The position numbers were made by a program, and so were the translations under genes. Under the pieces are notes generated by a model. It was not told where the DNA came from and searched no databases. It worked only from the letters and a program-made list of their open reading frames with translations. A stretch of 64,000 nt of DNA from Octopus vulgaris (lineage: Eukaryota): contig OX597822.1 in the NCBI GenBank assembly GCA_951406725.2, positions 87,296,001 through 87,360,000 of the forward strand. Reading direction: 5' to 3'. Of this stretch, positions 13,243 through 26,230 are shown piece after piece (position 1 is the stretch's first letter; every line of letters starts with the position of its first letter).

Positions 13243-13344
13243 TTGCTGTTTGTTATATTGATGCTGTTTAGCATGAAGAAGTTGTTCTTTGATGTCATAA
13301 GATACCATGAAAAATTTCTTGGTCAAACATGGAAACTCATAGAT
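13243..13344 (+). CDS. polycystin exon (LLFVILMLFSMKK...QTWKLID)
   Basis: cag|..|gtaagc; WN.LD-like motif. Confidence 0.9.
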
Positions 13345-14422
13345 GTAAGCATTATGGGGTTTTTTTTCTTAATAATGTTTAACTTTACTGACTGACATAG
13401 AATCCTCTATAGAATTATACCGATGCTAGTGTTGGGTTTGCTTTGATGCTTTTAGTGTAACTGAATTGTCATCTTACTGTTTTCAGGAAAATCTCAAAAG
13501 AGTTGCCTTTTAACACCCTGGAACCAATAAACATAAAACAATAAGATTTCAGGATTGATTAAATCATCAGCCTCTTCTCACTCTCTCTTGGATTCTGTTT
13601 ATATGCAAGAGAAATATTAAGTAACATAAATGAACAAACTTTCTATGAAGAATCAAAACTAATTTGTGAGCTCGATTCACAAGAAGATTATCTCTTGCTT
13701 ACTAGCACTTAGAGATAATACAAACATTGAAAGATGATATAATTTTATTTTCACTTACCTCTGTGTGTTGCTGCTTCTCTGGGTTTGTTTAAATGATATT
13801 CATTGTGAAATGAAAGGACATTCATGAATTAAACCACCATCTTCTCAGTTTCTAGTTGGTTTAACCATTACCTGATAAGTTGTTTTGTATGCTCTATTGT
13901 CAGATACATAGAAATGAACCCTGCCTGGTGTTTTGATCAGTGTACAACACAATCTATTGACATTTCTAGTGAGAAGTTAGCATGTTAACTAAATATCTTT
14001 TTAACTATATGACAATAGCAAAACATTGATATTGAGATTTTAAACCAATTTTAACTTATTGCTTTCTGGATGTAGACTGCTATAATCCTTATCATTGTGA
14101 CACAGACAGAATGTGCCAGTGATTTCCATTACTATTTCCAAATGGGTATGTAATCTAAGTTTTATTGAGCAAGGTAAAGCAGAGAAATATGATATTTATA
14201 CTTCTCCCAAAAGGGATTTAAATGAAACAAAATAACTACCATCACATAGCAGACTCAGCTCACTAAACTTGTCTTCCATTCTGTTGAACATATTTTCACT
14301 TGTCATAGAATGGTTTTACATTTTCGGTTGAAAAATAAGTAGATTTTGGTATTTTATGTATTCCAACATTGTGTGTGTGTGTAATTTCTGCTTCAAGTTA
14401 CATGAAATATTATATATTTCAG

Positions 14423-14563
14423 GCTTCAATTTGTATTACGTCTTTAATATACATGGGTTGTTATGTGTATCGATTTGTACTGGTGTCTAATATAATTGAA
14501 AAACTGCGCAGTTCTTTCTACAAGGAATATGTAGATATATCATTCATCACTATCTGGGATGAG
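14423..14563 (+). CDS. polycystin exon (ASICITSLIY...YVDISFITIWDE)
   Basis: cag|..|gtaggt. Confidence 0.9.
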
Positions 14564-15231
14564 GTAGGTACTATCTTTTCATCTTTTCATCTCTGTCTTT
14601 TTAATTAGTTCAGTAAATATCGTATGACATCTCTCACGAAGCTGTGGTGGTTGCATGCTTAAAGAGATGGATTATCGAATAAGTGTCCTTTCATCTCTTA
14701 AATTCATAATTTCATGACAGAAAATACATTCGGAATAACATAACTATTTCCCCAAGAAGAAATCTCTTTCCGAGTAGGAAACCAGCTCATTGCAGCCTAA
14801 TTTTCTGCAAGGTTCAGGAAAGCTAAGGCAAAAAATTACCTTACTCAAAAAGAGAATATAAAACCCATGTCAAGGATTTGAACTGCTAAATTCTCAACCA
14901 AAATCTCAAGTCTGTAATCCTGTAATCCTGTTGTGCCACATATTTTTACCATTTCACTGAAAGAATATCTACTGCCTTTATCCTTCACAACAAAATATCT
15001 GCATACTCTTTCTCAAAAAATGGTTCTATTATTTTTTTGTACAGAGGTTTCATGCTTTGAATTCTAAATTTTACTTCATTTAATTATTTACATATATGCC
15101 TTAGGTTTTCTCAAATTGAGCATAACATCTTTCAACAATATATGCCTTCAGTGTACTCAAACAGCATCACATCTTTCAACAAATGAGTGTAGCATTTTGA
15201 AATTATAATGTGTTTCTGTCTTTATTTTCAG

Positions 15232-15366
15232 ATATTGAAATGCCAGATTGGAATAGTGCTCTTTTTGTCTGTGCTGAAACTTCTATCACTATCACGCTAC
15301 AAACAGTTGTTTTCAATGACTGAATCAGTCTATAGCCGAGCAAGTACAGAAATTCTCATTTTTGCA
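15232..15366 (+). CDS. polycystin exon, S4 and linker (ILKCQIGIVLFLSVLKLLSLSRY...EILIFA)
   Basis: cag|..|gtaagt. Confidence 0.9.
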
Positions 15367-15853
15367 GTAAGTCCTTGCTAATAGTGTTGCCATTTCAACT
15401 AATTTCTTTCTTCCACTCTTCCAGTTAAATACAGGTTCTCCCACTAAATTCATCTTGAAACAGAAAGTATCAAGAGTAGCACTTCTTAGCCACTGCCTCC
15501 AGGGCCACTTTCTGCCCTCAAGCATGCTTCTGGTGGTCTTACCTCTATAAATAAATTTTTCTTTAATTGACTTGTGTTTTACTGTTTTTTGGTGCAGATC
15601 CCTAAAAAATCCAGGCTTTGGATTTAGCACACATACTAAAAAGGTTGAGAATCATTGATCAAGGATCATATTGTATTAAAGAAAAATATTGCAGTGCTCA
15701 GTGAAATTTCAAATAAAGTAAATGAAAATGTTTTAAAAATTTCTACTTTTGATTCTAAATCTCAACTAGTGTAGGGAGTTTCATATTCATTTTTGCTTTG
15801 CATGCATCTGTGTAAAGATAACTGAATAGTTTTGATAATGCTTTCTATTCCAG

Positions 15854-16075
15854 GTTACTTTGTTTGTGGTAATAATTGCTTACACCAGTCTTGGTTGTTT
15901 AGCATTTGGTGCTGTCATCAGCAACTTCCAGAACATTTGGTCTGGCTTTCTGGCAATGACTGCTCTATTGACACGTAACAACGATTTCTCTGAATTTAAT
16001 GATGATGCTTATATTGGAGGAAAGCTCTTTGTCCTTTCCTATGTTGCCTTAGCTACAACACTCTTCACTGCATAT
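15854..16075 (+). CDS. polycystin exon, S5-pore-S6 (VTLFVVIIAYTSLGCLAFG...TTLFTAY)
   Basis: cag|..|gtaagt; AY...G...FG motif. Confidence 0.92.
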
Positions 16076-16702
16076 GTAAGTACTTTTTAATCTACATCTT
16101 GATTTTAAATTCTCCATCTGTTAAGGCTGTCAGTAAACATATCAGAACAGATTTTATATAATAGATAAGGCTGTCTTCTGAATTACACAGTGTTTCTTCT
16201 AGATGGCCAAAAGAATAAGGTATTGGTTTTGGAATTGATATTCACTGCTAGTGCTCTATTGTGTCCCTGAGCAGAAGACTTTATTCTATATTATTCAGCT
16301 CACCTATTACCAATGAGAATGCACTTGTTTTGATAAATATGTATTCTATCGAGGAAGAGATTTGTCTATTCCACTCAACTCACAGAAGCCAGCAGCTCCA
16401 GAAACTCATATTGTATGAGCCACTATTCTTCTGCAGATATTTCTTCTTCTTTCTGAGTGAACCATTTTATATTTTAGGAAAGGTTGTCTGGGTTACCCAC
16501 GATAAACCCTTCTCAGCTAGGTCAACATTAATCTTTCATCCTCTTTAACACTTACTTGATATAAGCACCAACTTCACAAATGAATTTTTGTAGTCTTAGA
16601 ATTTTACTTAAAATTGATGTTTCTGTCAATATCATGCTTGGGTTACTTATGGTTTCTTACTTTTTATTTATTTATTTATTTTTTTTTTTTTTTTATTACT
16701 AG

Positions 16703-16864
16703 ATATTTTCCATCCTATCCTCTAATCATGGTTCCTACAAGCTGAAAACAAATGGCGTGATGAGTTTGCGAGAATCTTTAATATTCATCTGGAAAAAATT
16801 ACTTGTGTGGACTGGATTAAGGAATGAAGATTATCCAGATGACGGCGATTGTGCACTGCCAGCT
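16703..16864 (+). CDS. polycystin exon (IFSILSSNHGSYK...CALPA)
   Basis: tag|..|gtaagc; open in phase 0. Confidence 0.85.
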
Positions 16865-18086
16865 GTAAGCATATGGAGAAAGTTCCATTTATTTGCCACT
16901 TTATAACGATATCATCTATCACTAAAAACATTTCTCTTTCCAGTTTATTGCAGTAAAATTTGATAAAAGATTTAAGAAATGATTGAAGTGGTTTGCATTT
17001 CCTTTAGGCATAAAAACTTGCTCTTGGACTTTTAGTCAGGATTATTCCTTTTTCTTCAATTTTTCAGGTATTGTATATCTAAGGGTACATTATAGTATTC
17101 TTAGTGAAATTCTCTGATGAAAACAAGTGAAAATAAATCTTTTTCATGAGTTATGCTTGCTCAGTATCCAAATTCTGAACAATAAACTATAAATCTGCTT
17201 GTGTTGAACTGAAAGAAAGATGTGGGATGAGGAGAGGTTGTTTGTGAAGGGTGTTGAAAAATTAATTAGAAATAGTTGAAAAATTCTATAGAATTCTATT
17301 AGTAGTTCAATTTGAATATCATTCCTGATTTCTTCCTATACTATTATCTGTAAGCACAGTATGGGTGAATGGTTAATAGTTTTGCTTCACAAACCAACTA
17401 GAAAGTCCTTGGTTCAATCCCGAAACATGGCATCTAGGAGAACAGTCATTTTTTATACCTCTGGTCAATTACACCTAGTGAGAAAAATTGGGTAGACAAA
17501 CTGCCTAGAATGCTTGTGGGTGGATCGTTCATGTGAGTCAAGAAGTACAATCTTGCCATGTACTGTGTTATGTTGATTCTGCCTGCAGCTTACATTAAAA
17601 GAACACATGTTTGAGGAATACTCAGCCACTTACATGTTAATTCAAGAGCAGGTAATTCAGTTGAGATTAAACAACTGAATCCTCATTATCAAGTGATGGA
17701 GATCTACTGTTGTCACCACCACCACCACTATCACCACCATTGAATATGCTGTAGCTCTTGAGGGAGACTCTACATCACTATTTGACCTGCTAGAAATAAC
17801 AGCCAAATTTCCCTCGAATCAAACACTGCTTCAAACAAGAACACTTTGGATAATGTAGGATTGGGTATACTGTCTGAGACTAAGATGAGATAGCCATTGA
17901 AGGAATGATACTGAACATCAGTCTGCTTGATGTGAGCTGACCAAGGGTTAAACAACAACAAGAAGTAGGTTCTAACCATCAGAAGGACTTTGATTTCACT
18001 GAAATGTGCAAATAAGTTCAAAACTGTTTCCAAATATTGCTGAATGCTTCTTTTTTTTTTTCCTCTGATTCTTCCATCTCCAATAG

Positions 18087-18275
18087 GAATTCACTTTGGC
18101 TGAAATAGAATACCAAGTCGATGAATTATTGTTCCACATGAATGCACTCCTTGGCCTTTCTGGTATGCCTGAGAAACCTATGTATTATTTAACTGATTCT
18201 GATAATACATCTGATCGAGTCGGAGATGATGGTATTTCTACAGGAGCATCAGGTGTTTCAACAAGTGAATCAGAG
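18087..18275 (+). CDS. polycystin C-tail exon (EFTLAEIEYQVDELL...STSESE)
   Basis: tag|..|gtaagt. Confidence 0.85.
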
Positions 18276-19052
18276 GTAAGTCACTCTCACAACTTTCTTT
18301 TCTATAAAGATGACTTTCACTACACAATCTGCATCCAATATCATATTGTACACTGTCATAATTAAAGTATACATGATTAAACAGTATATCTGCTAATAAA
18401 TAATGGATTTGTAATGTTGCAGAGAATCATATGAGCAATACATAGTTTCTAAGCCATCTAAAAGCGAAGTCACTTTGAATAGGAACTTACTTAAACCATG
18501 CTGACTCTTCCTACTATGCCATCATGGCAAGTAGACATAAAGTCATCTTCATCATCACCATTATCATCAAAATGGTGGTGGTGATGGCAGCCATTATTTC
18601 CAACTGAAGTAAGGTGCATCATGCTTGATCTTAATTCTGCTTTATTAGAAATTTGATATTAATTTTATAATATGATATTGGATTATGACAAAAAGCCAGT
18701 CATAGGATATTTATTTCAAATATTCATTATAAAAATACCTAAATTTTCAAGCTATATGAATATAGAATGGAAGGAAATGGCAAACAGAATTCAATGGCGA
18801 TTAGCTAAAACAGTGATTGCAGGTTAATATCTATAACAGATAAAGCATAAAGTAGTGAGATCAGTTATAGCAGATCAATAAGATACTAATGTATCTAATG
18901 GACATTCACTATTGTGATAAACTTATACACTGTTTATTAGTAGCACAAAACTTTATTCAATGTTTATATTTTGACATCGTTTAAGAAACTTCAACACAAA
19001 ACTAAATTATATTGAAGGAACTGTTCTATCTTCATTTTTATGCCCAACACAG

Positions 19053-19207
19053 GTTCGGGGAGAATTGCTTTATGAAGATAGATTGGAAATGCGTGTTCAA
19101 AAGATAGAAGAAAATCTCTGTTCAAAAGAACCTTATTTGGCACCATTAATCAAGGGCCAGAAATCTGATGAAGAAATGTTGTCACCTGAGAAGGAAAATG
19201 AACTGAG
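19053..19207 (+). CDS. polycystin C-tail exon (VRGELLYEDRLEMRVQKIEENL...ENELR)
   Basis: cag|..|gtgtgt; phases 0/2. Confidence 0.8.
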
Positions 19208-19239
19208 GTGTGTAAACTCACAATCTATTATTATTATTA

Positions 19240-19920
19240 TTTGATGAAAACTCTCAGCTTATTTTACTAGGTGGAAAATATCAGCTGTCTTCAGCCAGTA
19301 GACTAAGATGACACTTGTTTAGTGATTATGCTTCAAGAACCCTGCAGAGAACTTTTTGCAGTTCCAAGCAAAGAGGATTTTTGTTGGTGTTCTATCTTTA
19401 CATTTGTACAAATCCTGATAGTTCCAAGTGTGCCAGTTACTATCGGTATCACATCCACTCTCTTCATTGCCCACAACCTGTGTATTTCCCACTTCAATTC
19501 ATCATAGTTGTTCCTCTTCTTTCTCTTTGATCCTGTTGTCACCAGGACATACTGTTGGTTATCATGCAATTTTTTTCCTTCTTTGTTCACCACAACAGTG
19601 TTAGGTTTCCGATGTCTGATCTGATGGTCACACTGAATCATTGCATCACACAGGGTTTTGCAATTTTCATTCTCAGTAACTCCTTCTGAGATTTGGTCAA
19701 ACCATGCCTTTCATCTTTCTCACTCATAATTTCCACACTGCTCCCAATGGGTCATACTTGTCACATTGTCATCTCATCTTCTGTATTCATGTTGTCCCAG
19801 TTCAGGCATTCGCTAACAATGTGCCATTACCATTTCTCCCCTCTCACCACACATTCTGTATTTCTTGCTCTCAGTTTTGCTCTTCACGTTCTTCATCTTT
19901 AGTATTTGTTCTTGTGCTGC
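19240..19920 (-). mobile_element. R4/Dong-like LINE 3' fragment
   Basis: IQCDHQIRHRKPNTVVV..YDELKWEIHRLW..IPIVTGTLG; abuts (TAT)n at 19227-19241. Confidence 0.8.
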
Positions 19921-20546
19921 ACATATAACTGCTTCTGTCTGAATCATAACCACCATTCTTCTGTATTTGTCTTGGCATTCATATCTCTTACAAACGCTAC
20001 ATTTTTTTTTCTTTCCATGCTATATCTTTTGTCGTCTTCTTTTCCTCCAAGTTTTTCTTTGTTTACATCTCTCTCTCTCTCTCTCTGTCTCTCTCTTCTT
20101 CTTCTTCTTCTTCTTCTTCTGACTGGTAACCATGTATCTCCTCTACAGCATGACACTTGTTTCTATCCTTTGTCACACTCTAACCTCTCATCACCTCGCA
20201 CAAGGCCACCCTCTCCAATGCCCCTCCTCTCAAAGGACCTTTGTCTTGCAAGTTACTTGGTGAACTTGCCAGTGCTGGTGCATCCAGTGCACTCTGTAAA
20301 GTGGTTGGTGTCTGGAAGAGCATCCAGCTGTAAAAATGATGCCAAAAGTGGTCTCACTGGTGCCATGTAAAAAGCACTCAGTCTACTCTGTAAAGTGATT
20401 GGTGTTAGGAAGGGCATCCAGGTGTAAAAACCCTGCAAAAACAGACACAGAAGCCTGGTGCTATCCTCTATCCAGCCAGCCCCTGTCAAACCATTTAATC
20501 CATGCCAGCATGGAAAACAGACATCAAAATAACGATGATGATGATG

Positions 20547-20611
<65 letters not shown>

Positions 20612-21192
20612 CCCTAGTGCCTATCTAGTGTCTATTGTACCTGCATGTCTGCCTGTTTCCAGTTCATGCAGAAGGCCAACAGCTTTGGGGAGAGGATTAG
20701 TTGATAACTTTGACCTCAGTACTTGACTGGTACATTTTTTATTGACCTTGAAAGAATAAAAGGCAAAGTTGGTTCCAGTAGGATTTCAACTCAGAGCATG
20801 GAGGAGGAGGAGTTTAGTCAATCAGTGAAATTTGATTTACTTAGGAGGGTAGGAGATGAAATCAACCTCAGAAAGTTTTCAATACTGGGCATAAACTAAC
20901 ATAACTTAATAATTAACACTCAAATAATTATAGTTCAGTAGTTCAGTTTACTAATTTGTCAGCAAGTATTGGGATTTCGAAATATGCACAAGATCACAAA
21001 TTTTGGAGCAGTAAACAGTTGAGCTGATCAGCTGTTGTGCTTAGCTGATACTTATTGAGTCCCTAGAAAGAAGGGCAAAGCAAATGTTGATGAGATTTGA
21101 ATTCATTTTCTTGCAGCTTTATGTATTATGTCAAAAACTAGCATCTTCTTAATTATGAGAATAAGGGAAACATTTTTTAATAACTATTGCAG

Positions 21193-21395
21193 GTCACAGT
21201 TGGAACTGAAAATCTTCTGTCAACTTCAAATGCAACGACAAGGCCACATTGCACCTTTGTATGATGAAAGACTTAGTAATGATTCCAGCACGACCTCCAT
21301 GCAAGAGAGTCCAAGTGTGGAAAGGTCTCCATCTTCTATTTCAGACAGCAGTTCTCAACAGGCTCAAGTCCAGTTCTCTAAAACGCCAGAAATGG
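21193..21395 (+). CDS. polycystin C-tail exon (SQLELKIFCQLQ...KTPEM)
   Basis: cag|..|gtaaat; phases 2/1. Confidence 0.8.
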
Positions 21396-21492
21396 GTAAA
21401 TATTTTGATTTGTTTCAGATTTATCATTACTACAGTTGAGAATAAAAATATATATACCTGCTTGCTCCACTCCTTCAATTTGGATATATATT

Positions 21493-21523
<31 letters not shown>

Positions 21524-21598
21524 AATTCTTTGTTCATAGTTCCATCAGTATGGTGCTTACTTCCAGCAGCAACCTTGTCTTCTCACTGTTACTGCTGC

Positions 21599-21660
<62 letters not shown>

Positions 21661-21678
21661 TATATGTATGTATGTATT

Positions 21679-21960
21679 GATAGAAATGCTAAGACAACAA
21701 GAGAATGAAAGATACCTCGATATTATGTAAATAGAGGAAGTTCTCTGTAAATGTAATATGTGACAATTCGATAGCCATGATAAAACTCTGAGTTTCGGAT
21801 GTCGGGGCGGAAACCCACACCGCCATCTCTTCATTTATCTGGCCATTCAAAAAAAGTGGCCGGATAACTGAAGAGATGGTGGCATGGGTTTCCACACCGA
21901 CATCCGAAATTCAGAGTTTTATCATGGCTACCGAATAATTGTCACATATTATATCTACAG

Positions 21961-21961
<1 letters not shown>
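21679..21961. mobile_element. miniature fold-back derivative of Penelope-like element terminus
   Basis: Arms 21744-21845 and 21857-21961 are reverse complements, homologous to PLE end 60651-60750; embedded in (TA)n. Confidence 0.8.
21863..21923 (+). ncRNA. minimal type I hammerhead ribozyme motif
   Basis: Stem I GAUAA/UUAUC, core CUGAAGA, stem II GAUG/CAUC with one extra C, GAAA, stem III AUUC-A-GAGU, cleavage triplet GUU. Confidence 0.7.
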
Positions 21962-21999
<38 letters not shown>

Positions 22000-22002
<3 letters not shown>

Positions 22003-22665
22003 CATGGTCTGATCAATAAGTATTCATACTGTTGCCATAGTAACAAAGCTAAAGCAGACAGGGTGGAACTGCTTGGCACAGATTGACCTTGAACTCTGCT
22101 GTGCGCTAAGTTTTAACATTGTAGCTCACTTCCGCCGTTTACAGCAGTGCTCAGGAGGAAGGTGTGTAGTGTGTGATCAGGGGTTGATTCGCTTTCCAAT
22201 AAGTGACAATTTGTAAGAAGGCCTCCAGAATACTGTTGCACCTTTTATGTGCCCATTTTTGGTTTCAAGAGGAAAAGGTGTTCTTCAATCAGGATAATGC
22301 TTAACAACATACAGTGAGGATGACATTCCAAAGACTGGAGCAGTTTGAATGGGAAACGATGCCCCACCCACCATATTTGCCAGAAATTACTCTATCTGGT
22401 TGTCATTTATTTCGCAATCTTCAATATCATTTGGATGAGAAAAATACGAATTCTGTAGACAAGATCAGAACAGTACTGGAGGAGTATTTTAGTCAGGAAC
22501 AAGTGAATTTTGCAAGAGGGACCTTGTAAATCTACCAGATAGATGGAAGTGCACTGTAGGAAATGAAGGAGAGTATAGCTTAGATTAAAAGATATCTTTG
22601 TTTATCTTAATTTTGAAAAATAAAAGACGTATAAAATACCACATTATTTAGGGGATGACCCAATA
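22000..22665 (+). mobile_element. mariner remnants (two families fused)
   Basis: QDNA, WETMPHPPYLPEITLSGCHLFRNLQ (degenerate YSPDL..D); right TIR ..GGATGACCCAA-TA. Confidence 0.8.
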
Positions 22666-22695
22666 TATATATACATACAGACACATACACATTTA

Positions 22696-22753
<58 letters not shown>

Positions 22754-23739
22754 GGCAGTGCCCCAGCATGGCCACAGCTCGTGAGCTGAAACTAGAATCA
22801 ATCAATATATATATGTATAGGAAGGGCATCCAGCTGTAGAAACTTTGCCAGATTTATCAGTCAAACCATCTGACCCAGAATGGAAAGCGGATGTTAAACA
22901 ACAACGATGATGATGATACATATAGACATACATACACACGTGCATATATGTATATGAATACACACATATACATATGTACACACACACACACACACACACA
23001 TATGCATGTCTAAGAATTCATAAGTGAGAAAAAATGCACTCAAATATTTATCAGTAGAGTGGGGACATTAATTGAAGTCTACAGTTGTGTATATCCATTA
23101 CGGCTGATCTTACTGATTGGTTTCACACTAGGAGTTCAACAGAGCGTTAGGTAACAATCTGATTATGTAACCCTGTGCTCTTCAGAGATGGCAATTATGT
23201 ATGTGTGTGTGTATCATCATCATCACCATTTAATGTCTATTGTCCATGCTGGCATGGGTTGGACAGTTTGACTGGGCTAGCATGTTGGAAGGCTGCGCTA
23301 GACTCCAGTATGATTTGGCATAGTTTTCTATGGCTAGATGCCCTTCCTTACGTCAACCACTCCAAGAGTGTAATGGGTGCCATTTGCATGATGCCAGGGT
23401 GCTTTTACATGCCACCGACATGGGTGCCAATTTGCATAACACATATATATGTATATGTGTGTGTGTGTGTGTAATATATATGTGCCCTAGCCTATTGCTA
23501 CCTCTAATGTTTACCCTAGCAGTTTCATTTCTGTGCAAGTTGAAAATAATGAACAGATAAGTTTGTTTTGATTATTGACTCCCTTTAAATGTTTGCATTA
23601 TCCTCCTCAACTTACTATTTCTGTATGTTAGCATGTTTAACACTAACCATTCTTACTCATAATGTAATTGCAAGTCTAACTCAATTTACTATCTTTTTTC
23701 CTTGACTTTACTGTTCTCCCTCTTTATTTCTGTCTTGAC

Positions 23740-26230
23740 TTGCAAAGATACAGTTTTTATCTCCTTCTTCTTTCCAGATTTGTGATGGTCCCACCTATTC
23801 TCACCCCAACCACCTAGACCAGAATCTTTTCCTCTTTACTAGAAAGCTTCCCTCCTGTTGTCTCATCCACATTATTGCATGCACCAAAACAAAACTGCAT
23901 TACTTAGTTAGTCAATTAACAAACTAACTATTCTTTTCTCTCTACTTTTACTGAATTAACTAATCAACTATTTTTATTTATCTATTTATGTTGGTATCAA
24001 AAGTGCTTATATTAAACAATGCTTGTATTGCAGCCACTTCCAATAGAGGCAGTAATTGTTGTATGAATTAATTATGTTAGATTAATGCAAGGACAGCTGA
24101 TAAGACATGTCTGTTAGCAAATGCTCATTGAATTCAGATGCTGAATTCCATCCCCCGTCTCCATGCTTCCTCCCATGTCCCTTTCCACTTCCTCAGAGTT
24201 GACACTGTTAATATAAACACATTGAAAGGTAGGTCTGCTGAGGTGCTTGAACGGAGATTTGTTGGTGTGTGTGCATTCAAGAAGTAAGGTGGAGGGCAGC
24301 TTCAACCAGGTTCCTCATGGGCAGCAAACATAGGCATAAAATCTTCTGGGAAAGTAACAATGATGTGATAGATAGTGTTGGCACATTTCTAGCAGTGAAT
24401 TCGATGGATAAGGTAATTGAAGTAGTCAGAGTGAGTGACAGAATACTTAAACTTTGGCAAGTTTTGCTGAGTAGTGCAGCAACAATTAGCTCTGCCTATG
24501 CTCGACAAGCAGGTCTGCCAAGTGAACAAAATCACCATTTTTATGATATTCTTTTGCAGGCTACCTCAAAGACAAATTATAATGACCTCATCTTCATGGC
24601 TGGTGATTTCAGTGGACATATTGGGCAGCACCCAGTTATTTTTCACAGTGTACATAGAATTGGTTCCTGAAATGAGGAGGGAACAAAGCTACTGAAATTT
24701 TGTAATGCAAAAAATTTAATGATCTGCAACACTAACTTCAGAAAGCCAGCCAGTCACCTGAGAGCCAATCAATCAGGTGATCATACTAGCCAGATTGAAT
24801 ACATTCTCACCAAAAAATGAGATGAATGGTAGCTCATAAGTGCAAAGACCTCCCTTAGTGAAAAATGCCCCCCACCCCCACCCCAAGCATAGATTAGTCA
24901 TAAGTTACTTTAGACAGGCTAGAAGGATTCCAAGAAACAGAGTAGTCTGGAAAATAACAATTTGGCAGCTTAAGGATCCTTTAAATGGTTAGAAATTTAG
25001 GGACACTCTAATTGAGAAATTTAATGAGAAGAAGGAAGAACTACAGACGTGTAACCTAAAGGGCAACTGGGAGTTACTATGAGACAGCTTGCTGAGTGGC
25101 ACAGACCAAATCTGTAGCTGGTGCAAAGTCCCAACCAGACCTAGTGTGATGTAGTGATGGAACAACATTATAGACAAGGCTATTAGAGTGAACAAGCAGG
25201 CTTGGAAGAATGGAAGTAGCAGGGAACTATATCAGATAGCTAAGAGGGAGGCTAGAAGACAGGTATAGTCAGGGGAGAGGCAGAAAGGAGGAAGTTTGCC
25301 AATGTTCTGTAGCATGAAGACCAGAGGTTTGAGGTATTTTGGATTGCAAGACAGTGTGTTGGAAGTCATTATGTTGGACAGGAGTGTGTTCACATGTAGG
25401 ATGGCTCCCTTGCAGTTAATGATTCTGCAAAGAAGGAGACTTAGAAGTGCCACTATGGAAGGTTGCTAAATGTTGAGAATGCATGGGAGAAGGAGAGCCT
25501 GTTTCATGTGAACCCAGCAGAGAGGCTGGTTATCTGAATCAACAGTAGCCTCGTAGATAAAGCAGTTAAGAATATGAAGACAGATATGTACAGGGATGCT
25601 GTTAGTAGGGTGAACATCACAAGTGAGCATAGCAAGGAATTTAGTGTACAAATTGGTTCTCAGCCCCCTCCCCTTCTTGGTTATCATAGTCCTCCTAGCT
25701 ATAACTGAGGAATTTATGATTGGCTGCCTTTGGGAGCTCCTCTATGCTAATGACCTTGTTCTTATTGCTGAATCACTACCAGAACTAGAGAAGAAATTTC
25801 AAGTATGGAAGCAAGGTCTGGAATCAAAGGGCTTTAGAGTTAATTTAGCAAAGACCAAAGTTCTAATAAGTAGGAAAACAGAAAAAATTACAGATCTTTT
25901 CAAGAATATGGCTTTGTTTGATATGTAGTATAGGTGTCAAGAGAAACTCCATACAGTGTGCCCTATGCAAGCTATGGACACATAAGAAGTGCAGCACTAT
26001 CACTGAAAGATTAACAGAGAACGTAGTCTTTACATGTGGAAGATGTGCAGGGACATTAAACACCAGGAATGAACAAAAAATAGACTTCCTCAAATGTCAG
26101 GGGGAATCCTTAGAAGTAGTAGACAGTTTCCATTACTTAAGTGACCAAGTTAGTTGTGGTGGAGATTGTTCCAAAAGCATAAGTTCCTAGAACAATTGGC
26201 TGGGCAAAGTTCAGACAGCTACCTCTGTTA
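23740..26230 (+). mobile_element. degraded RTE LINE (APE endonuclease, RT, PHD-like finger)
   Basis: CIQEVRWR, SAYARQ, AGDFSGHIG, LLYANDLVL, NSIQCALCKLWTHKKCS, EVVDSFHYLSD; many stops and an internal deletion. Confidence 0.88.
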
